DNA from: Squalus acanthias
Taxonomy: Eukaryota
Assembly: GCA_030390025.1 (NCBI GenBank)
Contig: CM059431.1
Location: 136,154,001 to 136,218,000, forward strand
Length of the DNA stretch: 64,000 bases
Reading direction: 5' to 3'
This document shows positions 25,201-40,200 of this stretch, piece after piece. Numbering within the stretch: the first letter of the stretch is position 1; each line of letters starts with the position of its first letter. The translations under genes and the position numbers were made by a program. The notes below the pieces were generated by a model. That model made no database searches. It was not told the DNA's origin and saw only the letters and a program-made list of their open reading frames with translations.

Positions 25201-28200
25201 AGGAAGTAGGAATCTTTATAGATCACTACAGGAGTAGAATCATACAGACCATACTACAGGAGTAGGATAATCACGACCACTACTGGTGTAGAATAATTCA
25301 CTGACACACTACCAGAGTAGAATCATCACAGACCAAAACAGGAGTAGAATCATCACAGACCACAACAGGAGTAGAATCATCACAGACCACTACAGGAGTA
25401 CGATCATCACAGACCACTACAGAGTAGGATATCACAGACTACTACAGAGTAGATCATCACAGACCACGACAGGAGTAGAATCATCACAGGACCACGACAG
25501 GAGTAAAGTCATCACAGACCACTACAGGAGTAGGATCATCACAGACCACTTACAGGAGTAGAGATCATCACAGACCACTCAGGAGTAGATATATCACAGA
25601 ACACTACAGGAGTAGGATCATCACAGACCACTACAGTAGTAGAAATCATCACAGATCACTACAGGAGTAGAAATAATTACAGACCACTACAGGAGAGAAC
25701 CATCACAGACCACTACAGGAATAGATCATCCAGAACCCTACAGGAGTAGAATCATCACAGACCACTACAGGAGTAGGATCATCACAGACCACTACAGGAG
25801 TAGAGACATCACAGACCACTACAGGAGTAGAATCATCACAGACCACTACAGGAGTAGAATCATCACAGACCACTACAGGAGTAGAATCATCACAGACCAC
25901 TACAGGAGTAGAATCATCACAGACCACTACAGGAGTAGAATCATCACAGACCACTACAGGAGTAGAATCATCACAGACCACTACAGGAGTAGAATCATCA
26001 CAGACCACTACAGGAGTAGAATCATCACAGACCACTACAGGAGTAGAATCATCACAGACCACTACAGGAGTAGAATCATCACAGACCACTACAGGAGTAG
26101 AATCATCACAGACCACTACAGGAGTAGAATCATCACAGACCACTACAGGAGTAGAATCATCACAGACCACTACAGGAGTAGAATCATCACAGACCACTAC
26201 AGGAGTAGAATCATCACAGACCACTACAGGAGTAGAATCATCACAGACCACTACAGGAGTAGAATCATCACAGACCACTACAGGAGTAGAATCATCACAG
26301 ACCACTACAGGTGTAGATCATCACAGACCACTACAGTAGTAGAATCACACAGACCACTACAGGATAGAATCATCACAGACCACTACAGGAGTAGAATCAT
26401 CACAGAACACTACAGGAGTAGAATCATCACAGACCTCTACAGAGTAGAATCATCACAGACCACAACAGGAGTAGAATCATCAGAGACCACTACAGGAGTA
26501 GGATCATCACAGACCACTATCAGGAGTGTAATCATCACAGACCACTACCGGAGTAGAATCATCACAGACCACTACAGGAGTAGAACATCACAGACCACTA
26601 CAGTAGTAGAATCATCACAGACACAACTACAGGATAGGATCAACACAGACCACTACAGGAGTAGAATCATCACAGACCACTACAGGAATAGATCCATCAA
26701 AGACAACTACAGGAGTAGAATCATCACAGACCACTACAGTTGTAGAATCATCACAGCCCACTACAGGAAGTAGAATCATCACAGACCACTACAGAAGTGG
26801 ATCACCACAGACCACTACAGGAGTAGAATCATCACAGACCACTACAGGAGTAGAATCATCACAGACCACTACAGGAGTAGAATCATCACAGACCACTACA
26901 GGAGTAGAATCATCACAGACCACTACAGGAGTAGAATCATCACAGACCACTACAGGAGTAGAATCATCACAGACCACTACAGGAGTAGAATCATCACAGA
27001 CCACTACAGGAGTAGAATCATCACAGACCACTACAGGAGTAGAATCATCACAGACCACTACAGGAGTAGAATCATCACAGACCACTACAGGAGTAGAATC
27101 ATCACAGACCACTACAGGAGTAGAATCATCACAGACCACTACAGGAGTAGAATCATCACAGACCACTACAGGAGTAGAATCATCACAGACCACTACAGGA
27201 GTAGAATCATCACAGACCACTACAGGAGTAGAATCATCACAGACCACTACAGGAGTAGAATCATCACAGACCACTACAGGAGTAGAATCATCACAGACCA
27301 CTACAGGAGTAGATCATCACAGACCACTACAGGAGTAGAATCATCACAGACCACTACAGGAGTAGAATCATCACAGACCACTACAGGAGTAGATCATCAC
27401 AGACCACTACAGGAGTAGAATCATCACAGACCACTACAGGAGTAGAATCATCACAGACCACTACAGGAGTAGAATCATCACAGACCACTACAGGAGTAGA
27501 ATCATCACAGACCACTACAGGAGTAGAATCATCACAGACCACTACAGGAGTAGAATCATCACAGACCACTACAGGAGTAGAATCATCACAGACCACTACA
27601 GGAGTAGAATCATCACAGACCACTACAGGAGTAGAATCATCACAGACCACTACAGGAGTAGAATCATCACAGACCACTACAGGAGTAGAATCATCACAGA
27701 CCACTACAGGAGTAGAATCATCACAGACCACTACAGGAGTAGAATCATCACAGACCACTACAGGAGTAGAATCATCACAGACCACTACAGGAGTAGAATC
27801 ATCACAGACCACTACAGGAGTAGAATCATCACAGACCACTACAGGAGTAGAATCATCACAGACCACTACAGGAGTAGAATCATCACAGACCACTACAGGA
27901 GTAGAATCATCACAGACCACTACAGGAGTAGAATCATCACAGACCACTACAGGAGTAGAATCATCACAGACCACTACAGGAGTAGAATCATCACAGACCA
28001 CTACAGGAGTAGAATCATCACAGACCACTACAGGAGTAGAATCATCACAGACCACTACAGGAGTAGAATCATCACAGACCACTACAGGAGTAGAATCATC
28101 ACAGACCACTACAGGAGTAGAATCATCACAGACCACTACAGGAGTAGATCATCACAGACCACTACAGGAGTAGAATCATCACAGACCACTACAGGAGTAG

Positions 28201-31200
28201 AATCATCACAGACCACTACAGGAGTAGAATCATCACAGACCACTACAGGAGTAGAATCATCACAGACCACTACAGGAGTAGAATCATCACAGACCACTAC
28301 AGGAGTAGAATCATCACAGACCACTACAGGAGTAGAATCATCACAGACCACTACAGGAGTAGAATCATCACAGACCACTACAGGAGTAGAATCATCACAG
28401 ACCACTACAGGAGTAGAATCATCACAGACCACTACAGGAGTAGAATCATCACAGACCACTACAGGAGTAGAATCATCACAGACCACTACAGGAGTAGAAT
28501 CATCACAGACCACTACAGGAGTAGAATCATCACAGACCACTACAGGAGTAGAATCATCACAGACCACTACAGGAGTAGAATCATCACAGACCACTACAGG
28601 AGTAGAATCATCACAGACCACTACAGGAGTAGAATCATCACAGACCACTACAGGAGTAGAATCATCACAGACCACTACAGGAGTAGAATCATCACAGACC
28701 ACTACAGGAGTAGAATCATCACAGACCACTACAGGAGTAGAATCATCACAGACCACTACAGGAGTAGAATCATCACAGACCACTACAGGAGTAGAATCAT
28801 CACAGACCACTACAGGAGTAGAATCATCACAGACCACTACAGGAGTAGAATCATCACAGACCACTACAGGAGTAGAATCATCACAGACCACTACAGGAGT
28901 AGAATCATCACAGACCACTACAGGAGTAGAATCATCACAGACCACTACAGGAGTAGAATCATCACAGACCACTACAGGAGTAGAATCATCACAGACCACT
29001 ACAGGAGTAGAATCATCACAGACCACTACAGGAGTAGAATCATCACAGACCACTACAGGAGTAGAATCATCACAGACCACTACAGGAGTAGAATCATCAC
29101 AGACCACTACAGGAGTAGAATCATCACAGACCACTACAGGAGTAGAATCATCACAGACCACTACAGGAGTAGAATCATCACAGACCACTACAGGAGTAGA
29201 ATCATCACAGACCACTACAGGAGTAGAATCATCACAGACCACTACAGGAGTAGAATCATCACAGACCACTACAGGAGTAGAATCATCACAGACCACTACA
29301 GGAGTAGAATCATCACAGACCACTACAGGAGTAGAATCATCACAGACCACTACAGGAGTAGAATCATCACAGACCACTACAGGAGTAGAATCATCACAGA
29401 CCACTACAGGAGTAGAATCATCACAGACCACTACAGGAGTAGAATCATCACAGACCACTACAGGAGTAGAATCATCACAGACCACTACAGGAGTAGAATC
29501 ATCACAGACCACTACAGGAGTAGAATCATCACAGACCACTACAGGAGTAGAATCATCACAGACCACTACAGGAGTAGAATCATCACAGACCACTACAGGA
29601 GTAGAATCATCACAGACCACTACAGGAGTAGAATCATCACAGACCACTACAGGAGTAGAATCATCACAGACCACTACAGGAGTAGAATCATCACAGACCA
29701 CTACAGGAGTAGAATCATCACAGACCACTACAGGAGTAGAATCATCACAGACCACTACAGGAGTAGAATCATCACAGACCACTACAGGAGTAGAATCATC
29801 ACAGACCACTACAGGAGTAGAATCATCACAGACCACTACAGGAGTAGAATCATCACAGACCACTACAGGAGTAGAATCATCACAGACCACTACAGGAGTA
29901 GAATCATCACAGACCACTACAGGAGTAGAATCATCACAGACCACTACAGGAGTAGAATCATCACAGACCACTACAGGAGTAGAATCATCACAGACCACTA
30001 CAGGAGTAGAATCATCACAGACCACTACAGGAGTAGAATCATCACAGACCACTACAGGAGTAGAATCATCACAGACCACTACAGGAGTAGAATCATCACA
30101 GACCACTACAGGAGTAGAATCATCACAGACCACTACAGGAGTAGAATCATCACAGACCACTACAGGAGTAGAATCATCACAGACCACTACAGGAGTAGAA
30201 TCATCACAGACCACTACAGGAGTAGAATCATCACAGACCACTACAGGAGTAGAATCATCACAGACCACTACAGGAGTAGAATCATCACAGACCACTACAG
30301 GAGTAGAATCATCACAGACCACTACAGGAGTAGAATCATCACAGACCACTACAGGAGTAGAATCATCACAGACCACTACAGGAGTAGAATCATCACAGAC
30401 CACTACAGGAGTAGAATCATCACAGACCACTACAGGAGTAGAATCATCACAGACCACTACAGGAGTAGAATCATCACAGACCACTACAGGAGTAGAATCA
30501 TCACAGACCACTACAGGAGTAGAATCATCACAGACCACTACAGGAGTAGAATCATCACAGACCACTACAGGAGTAGAATCATCACAGACCACTACAGGAG
30601 TAGAATCATCACAGACCACTACAGGAGTAGAATCATCACAGACCACTACAGGAGTAGAATCATCACAGACCACTACAGGAGTAGAATCATCACAGACCAC
30701 TACAGGAGTAGAATCATCACAGACCACTACAGGAGTAGAATCATCACAGACCACTACAGGAGTAGAATCATCACAGACCACTACAGGAGTAGAATCATCA
30801 CAGACCACTACAGGAGTAGAATCATCACAGACCACTACAGGAGTAGAATCATCACAGACCACTACAGGAGTAGAATCATCACAGACCACTACAGGAGTAG
30901 AATCATCACAGACCACTACAGGAGTAGAATCATCACAGACCACTACAGGAGTAGAATCATCACAGACCACTACAGGAGTAGAATCATCACAGACCACTAC
31001 AGAGTAGAATCATCACAGACACTACAGGAGTAGGATCATCACAGACCACTACAGGAGTAGAATCATCACAGACCACTACAGGAGTAGAATCATCAGAGAC
31101 CACAACAGGAGTAGGATCATCACAGACCACTACCGGAGTAGAGTCATCACAGACCTCTACAGGAGTAGAAGCATCACAGACCACTACAGGAATAGAATCA

Positions 31201-34200
31201 TCACAGACCACTACAGGAGTACAATCATCACAGACCACTACAGGAGTAGAATCATCAAAGACCACTACAGGAGTAGGATCATCACAGAATACTACAGGAG
31301 TAGAATCATCACAGACCACTACAGGAGTAGAATCATCACAGACCACTACAGGAGTAGGATCATCACAGACCACTACAGCAGTGGAATCATCACAGACCAC
31401 TACAGGAGTAGAATCATCACAGACCACTACAGGAATAGAATCATCACAGACCACAACAGGAGTAGAATCATCACAGACCACTACAGGAGTAGAATCATCA
31501 CAGATCACTACAGGAGTAGGATCATCACAGACCACTACAGGAGTAGATTCATCACAGACCACTACAGGAGTAGAATCATCACAGACCACAACAGGAGTAG
31601 GATCATCACAGACAACTACAGGAGTAGAATCATCACAGAACACTAAAGGAGTAGAATCATCACAGACCACTACAGGAGTAGAATCATCACAGACCACTAC
31701 AGGAGTAGGATCATCACAGACCACTACAGCAGTAGAATCATCACAGACCACTACCGGAGTAGAATCATCACAGACCTCTACAGGAGTAGAAGCATCACAG
31801 ACCACTACAGGAATAGAATCATCACAGACCACTACAGGAGTAGAATCATCACAGCCCACTACAGGAGTAGAATCATCACAGACCACTACAGGAGTAGGAA
31901 TCATCACAGACCACTACAGGAGTAGAATCATCACAGAATACTACAGGAGTAGAATCATCACAGACCACTACAGGAGTAGAATCATCACAGACCACTACAG
32001 GAGTAGGATCATCACAGACCACTACAGGAGTAGAATCATCAAGACCACTACAGGAGTAGAATCATCACCGACCACTACAGGCGTAGGATCAACACAGACC
32101 ACTACAGGAGTAGGATCATCACAGACCACTACAGGAGTAGAATCATCACAGACCACCACAGGAGTAGGATCACCACAGACCACTACAGGAGTAGAATCAT
32201 CACAGACCACTACAGGAGTAGAATCATCACAGACCACAACAGGAGTAGGATAATCACAGACCACTACAGGAGTTGAATCATCACAGACCACTACAGGAGT
32301 AGAATCATCACAGAACACTAAAGGAGTAGAATCATCAAAGACCACTACAGGAGTAGAATCATCACAGACCACTACAGGAGTAGGATCATCACAGACCACT
32401 ACAGGAGTAGAATCATCACAGACCACTACAGGAGTAGAATCATCAGAGACCACATCAGGAGTAGGATCATCACAGACCACTACCGGAGTAGAGTCATCAC
32501 AGACCTCTACAGGAGTAGAAGCATCACAGACCACTACAGGAATAGAATCATCACAGACCACTACAGGAGTACAATCATCACAGACCACTACAGGAGTAGA
32601 ATCATCAAAGACCACTACAGGAGTAGGATCATCACAGAATACTACAGGAGTAGAATCATCACAGACCACTACAGGAGTAGAATCATCACAGACCACTACA
32701 GGAGTAGGATCATCACAGACCACTACAGCAGTGGAATCATCACAGACCACTACAGGAGTAGAATCATCACAGACCACTACAGGAATAGAATCATCACAGA
32801 CCACAACAGGAGTAGAATCATCACAGACCACTACAGGAGTAGAATCATCACAGATCACTACAGGAGTAGGATCATCACAGACCACTACAGGAGTAGATCA
32901 TCACAGACCACTACAGGAGTAGAATCATCACAGACCACTACAGGAGTAGATCATCACAGACCACTACAGGAGTAGAATCATCACAGACCACTACAGGAGT
33001 AGAATCATCACAGACCACTACAGGAGTAGAATCATCACAGACCACTACAGGAGTAGGATCATCACAGACCACTACAGGAGTAGAATCATCACAGACCACT
33101 ACAGGAGTAGAATCATCACAGACCACTACAGGAGTAGAATCATCACAGACCACTACAGGAGTAGAATCATCACAGACCACTACAGGAGTAGAATCATCAC
33201 AGACCACTACAGGAGTAGAATCATCACCGACCACTACAGGAGTAGATCATCACAGACCACTACAGGAGTAGAATCATCACAGACCACTACAGGAGTAGAA
33301 TCATCACAGACCACTACAGGAGTAGGATCATCACAGACCACTACAGGAGTAGAATCATCACAGACCACTACAGGAGTAGAATCATCACAGACCACTACAG
33401 GAGTAGGATCATCACAGACCACTACAGGAGTAGAATCATCACAGACCACTACAGGAGTAGCATCATCACAGACCACTACAGGAGTAGAATCATCACAGAC
33501 CACTACCGGAGTAGAATCATCACAGACCACTACAGGAGTAGAAGCATCACAGACCACTACAGGAGTAGAATCATCACAGACCACTACAGGAGTAGAATCA
33601 TCACAGACCACTACAGGAGTAGATCATCACAGAACACTACAGGAGTAGAATCATCACAGACCACTACAGGAGTAGAATCATCACAGACCACTACAGGAGT
33701 AGGAATCATCACAGACCACTACAGGAGTAGAATCATCACAGACCACTACAGGAGTAGAATCATCACAGACGACTACAGGAGTAGAATCATCACAGACCAC
33801 TACAGGAGTAGAATCATCACAGACCACTACAGGAGTAGAATCATCACAGACCACTACAGGAGTAGAATCATCACAGACCACTACAGGAGTAGATCACCAC
33901 AGACCACTACAGGAGTAGAATCATCACAGACCACTACAGGAGTAGAATCATCACAGACCACTACAGGAGTAGAATCATCACAGACCACTACAGGAGTAGA
34001 AACATCACAGACCACTACAGGAGTAGATCATCACAGACCACAACAGGAGTAGAATCATCACAGACCACTACAGGAGTAGAATCATCACAGACCACTACAG
34101 GAGTAGAATCATCACAGACCACTACAGGAGTAGGATCATCACAGACCACTACAGGAGTAGAATCATCACAGACCACTACAGGAGTAGAATCATCACAGAC

Positions 34201-37200
34201 CACTACAGGAGTAGGATCATCACAGACCACTACAGGAGTAGAATCATCACAGACCACTACAGGAGTAGAATCATCACAGACCACTACAGGAGTAGATCAT
34301 CACAGACCACTACAGGAGTAGAATCATCACAGACCACTACAGGAGTAGAATCATCACAGACCACTACAGGAGTAGAATCATCACAGACCACTACAGGAGT
34401 AGAATCATCACAGACCACTACAGGAGTAGAATCATCACAGACCAATACAGGAGTAGGATCATCACAGACCACTACAGCAGTAGAATCATCACAGACCACT
34501 ACAGGAGTAGAATCATCACAGACCACTACAGGAGTAGAATCATCACAGACCACTACAGGAGTAGAATCATCACAGACCACTACAGGAGTAGAATCATCAC
34601 AGACCACTACAGGAGTAGAATCATCACAGACCACTACAGGAGTAGGATCATCACAGACCACTACAGGAGTAGAATCATCACAGACCACTACAGGAGTAGA
34701 ATCATCACAGACCACTACAGGAGTAGAATCATCACAGACCACTACAGGAGTAGAATCATCACAGACCACTACAGGAGTAGAATCATCACAGACCACTACA
34801 GGAGTAGGATCATCACAGACCACTACAGGAGTAGAATCATCACAGACCACTACAGGAGTAGAATCATCACAGACCTCTACAGGAGTAGAAGCATCACAGA
34901 CCACTACAGGAAGTAGACTCATCACAGACCACTACAGGAGTAGGATCATCACAGACCACTACAGGAGTAGAATCATCACAGACCACTACAGGAGTAGGAT
35001 CATCACAGACCACTACAGGAGTAGAATCATCACAGACTACTACAGGAGTAGAATCATCACAGACCACTACAGGAGTAGAATCATCACAGACCACTACAGG
35101 AGTAGATCATCACAGACCACTACAGGAGTAGAATCATCACAGACCACTACAGGAGTAGAATCATCACCGACCACTACAGGAGTAGGATCAACACAGACCA
35201 CTACAGGAGTGGATCATCACAGAGCACTACAGGAGTAGAATCATCACAGACCACTACAGGAGTAGGATCACCACAGACCACTACAGGAGTAGAATCATCA
35301 CAGACCACTACAGGAGTAGAATCATCACAGACCACTACAGGAGTAGATCATCACAGACCACTACAGGAGTAGAATCATCACAGACCACTACAGGAGTAGA
35401 ATCATCACAGACCACTACAGGAGTAGAATCATCACAGACCACTACAGGAGTAGGATCATCACAGACCACTACAGGAGTAGGATCATCACAGACCACTACA
35501 GGAGTAGAATCATCACAGAACACTACAGGAGTAGAATCATCACAGACCACTACAGGAGTAGAATCATCACAGACCACTACAGGAGTAGATCATCACAGAC
35601 CACTACAGCAGTAGAATCATCACAGACCACTACCGGAGTAGAATCATCACAGACCTCTACAGGAGTAGAAGCATCACAGACCACTACAGGAGTAGAATCA
35701 TCACAGACCACTACAGGAGTAGAATCATCACAGCCCACTACAGGAGTAGAATCATCACAGACCACTACAGGAGTAGGATCATCACAGACCACTACAGGAG
35801 TAGAATCATCACAGAATACTACAGGAGTAGAATCATCACAGACCACTACAGGAGTAGAATCATCACAGACCACTACAGGAGTAGGATCATCACAGACCAC
35901 TACAGGAGTAGAATCATCACAGACCACTACAGGAGTAGAATCATCACCGACCACTACAGGCGTAGGATCAACACAGACCACTACAGGAGTAGGATCATCA
36001 CAGACCACTACAGGAGTAGAATCATCACAGACCACCACAGGAGTAGGATCACCACAGACCACTACAGGAGTAGAATCATCACAGACCACTACAGGAGTAG
36101 AATCATCACAGACCACAACAGGAGTAGGATAATCACAGACCACTACAGGAGTTGAATCATCACAGACCACTACAGGAGTAGAATCATCACAGACCACTAC
36201 AGGAGTAGAATCATCACAGACCACTACAGGATTAGGATCATCACAGACCACTACAGCAGTAGAATCATCACAGACCACTACCGGAGTAGAGTCATCACAG
36301 ACCTCTACAGGAGTAGAAGCATCACAGACCACTACAGGAATAGAATCATCACAGACCACTACAGGAGTAGAATCATCACAGACCACTACAGGAGTAGAAT
36401 CATCACAGACCACTACAGGAGTAGGATCATCACAGAATACTACAGGAGTAGAATCATCACAGACCACTACAGGAGTAGAATCATCACAGACCACTACAGG
36501 AGTAGGATCATCACAGACCACTACAGGAGTAGAATCATCACAGACCACTACAGGAGTAGAATCATCAAAGACGACTACAGGAGTAGAATCATCACAGACC
36601 ACTACAGGAGTAGAATCATCACAGACCACAACAGGAGTAGGATCATCACAGACCACTACAGGAGTTGAATCATCACAGACCACTACAGGAGTAGGATCAT
36701 CACAAACCACTACAGGAGTAGGATCATCACAGACCACTACAGGAGTAGAATCATCACAGACCACTACAGCAGTAGAATCATCACAGACCACTACCGGAGT
36801 AGAATCATCACAGACCTCGACAGGAGTAGAAGCATCACAGACCACTACAGGAATAGAATCATCACAGACCACTACAGGAGTAGAATCATCACAGACCACT
36901 ACAGGAGTAGAATCATCACAGACCACTACAGGAGTAGGATCATCACAGACCACTACAGTAGTAGAATCATCACAGAATACTACAGGAGTAGAATCATCAC
37001 AGACCACTACAGGAGTAGAATCATCACAGACCACTACGGGAGTAGGATCATCACAGACCACTACAGGAGTAGAATCATCACAGACCACTACAGGAGTAGA
37101 ATCATCACCGACCACTACAGGCGTAGGATCAACACAGACCACTACAGGAGTGGGATCATCACAGACCACTACAGGAGTAGAATCATCACAGACCACTACT

Positions 37201-40200
37201 GGAGTAGGATCACCACAGAACACTACAGGAGTAGAATCATCACAGAACACTACAGGAGTAGAATCATCACAGACCACAACAGGAGTAGGATCATCACAGA
37301 CCACTACAGGAGTAGAATCATCACAGACCACTACAGGAGTAGAATCATCACAGACCACTACAGGAGTAGAATCATCACAGACCACTACAGGAGTAGGATC
37401 ATCACAGAATACTACAGGAGTAGAATCATCACAGACCACTACAGGAGTAGAATCATCACAGACCACTACAGGAGTAGGATCATCACAGACCACTACAGGA
37501 GCAGAATCATCACAGACCACTACAGGAGTAGAATCATCAAAGACGACTACAGGAGTAGAATCATCACAGACCACTACAGGAGTAGAATCATCACAGACCA
37601 CAACAGGAGTAGGATCATCACAGACCACTACAGGAGTTGAATCATCACAGACCACTACAGGAGTAGGATCACCACAGAACACTACAGGAGTAGAATCATC
37701 ACAAACCACTACAGGAGTAGGATCATCACAGACCACTACAGGAGTAGAATCATCACAGACCACTACAGGAGTAGAAAAATCACAGACCACAACAGGAGTA
37801 GGATCATCACAGACCACAACAGGAGTAGAATCATCACAGACCACTACAGGAGTAGAATCATCACAGACCACTAAAGGAGTAGAATCATCACAGACCACTA
37901 CAGGAGTAGGATCATCACAGACCACTACAGCAGTAGAATCATCACAGACCACTACAGGAGTAGAATCATCACAGACCACTACAGGAGTAGGATCATCACA
38001 GACCACTACAGGAGTAGAATCATCACAGACCACTACAGGAGTAGGATCATCACAGACCACTACAGGAGTAGAATCATCACAGACCACTACAGGAGTAGAA
38101 TCATCACAGACCACAACAGGAGTAGAATCATCACAGACCACTACAGGAGTAGAATCATCACAGACCACTACAGGAGTAGAATCATCACAGACCACTACAG
38201 GAGTAGAATCATCACAGACCAATACAGGAGTAGGATCATCAGAGACCACTACAGCAGTAGAATCATCACAGACCACTACAGGAGTAGAATCATCACAGAC
38301 CACTACAGGAATAGAATCATCACAGACCACTACAGGAGTAGAATCATCACAGACCACTACAGGAGTAGAATCATCACAGACCACTACAGGAGTAGGATCA
38401 TCACAGACCACTACAGGAGTAGATTCATCACAGACCACTACAGGAGTAGAATCATCACAGACCACAACAGGAGTAGGATCATCACAGACAACTACAGGAG
38501 TAGAATCATCACAGACCACTACAGGAGTAGAATCATCACAGACCACTACAGGAGTAGAATCATCACAGACCACTACAGGAGTAGGATCATCACAGACCAC
38601 TACAGCAGTAGAATCATCACAGACCACTACCGGAGTAGAATCATCACAGACCTCGACAGGAGTAGAAGCATCACAGACCACTACAGGAATAGAATCATCA
38701 CAGACCACTACAGGAGTAGAATCATCACAGACCACTACAGGAGTAGAATCATCACAGACCACTACAGGAGTAGGATCATCACAGACCACTACAGGAGTAG
38801 AATCATCACAGAATACTACAGGAGTAGAATCATCACAGACCACTACAGGAGTAGAATCATCACAGACCACTACAGGAGTAGGATCATCACAGACCACTAC
38901 AGGAGTAGAATCATCACAGACCACTACAGGAGTAGAATCATCACCGACCACTACAGGCGTAGGATCAACACAGACCACTACAGGAGTGGGATCATCACAG
39001 ACCACTACAGGAGTAGAATCATCACAGACCACTACAGGAGTAGGATCACCACAGACCACTACAGGAGTAGAATCATCACAGACCACTACAGGAGTAGAAT
39101 CATCACAGACCACTACCGGAGTAGGATCATCACAGACCACTACAGGAGTAGAATCATCACAGACCACTACAGGAGTAGAATCATCACAGACCACTACAGG
39201 AGTAGAATCATCACAGACCACTACAGGAGTAGGATCATCACAGACCACTACAGCAGCAGGATCATCACAGACCACTACAGGAGTAGAATCATCACAGAAC
39301 ACTAAAGGAGTAGAATCATCACAGACCACTACAGGAGTAGAATCATCACAGACCACTACAGGAGTAGGATCATCACAGACCACTACAGCAGTAGAATCAT
39401 CACAGACCACTACCGGAGTAGAATCATCACAGACCTCTACAGGAGTAGAAGCATCACAGACCACTACAGGAATAGAATCATCACAGACCACTACAGGAGT
39501 AGAATCATCACAGCCCACTACAGGAGTAGAATCATCACAGACCACTACAGGAGTAGGATCATCACAGACCACTACAGGAGTAGAATCATCACAGAATACT
39601 ACAGGAGTAGAATCATCACAGACCACTACAGGAGTAGAATCATCACAGACCACTACAGGAGTAGGATCATCACAGACCACTACAGGAGTAGAATCATCAC
39701 AGACCACTACAGGAGTAGAATCATCACCGACCACTACAGGCGTAGGATCAACACAGACCACTACAGGAGTAGGATCATCACAGACCACTACAGGAGTAGA
39801 ATCATCACAGACCACCACAGGAGTAGGATCACCACAGACCACTACAGGAGTAGAATCATCACAGACCACTACAGGAGTAGAATCATCACAGACCACAACA
39901 GGAGTAGGATAATCACAGACCACTACAGGAGTTGAATCATCACAGACCACTACAGGAGTAGAATCATCACAGACCACTACAGGAGTAGAATCATCACTGA
40001 CCACTACAGGATTAGGATCATCACAGACCACTACAGCAGTAGAATCATCACAGACCACTACCGGAGTAGAGTCATCACAGACCGCTACAGGAGTAGAAGC
40101 ATCACAGACCACTACAGGAGTAGAATCATCACAGACCACTACAGGAGTAGAATCATCACAGACCACTACAGGAGTAGAATCATCACAGACCACTAAAGGA

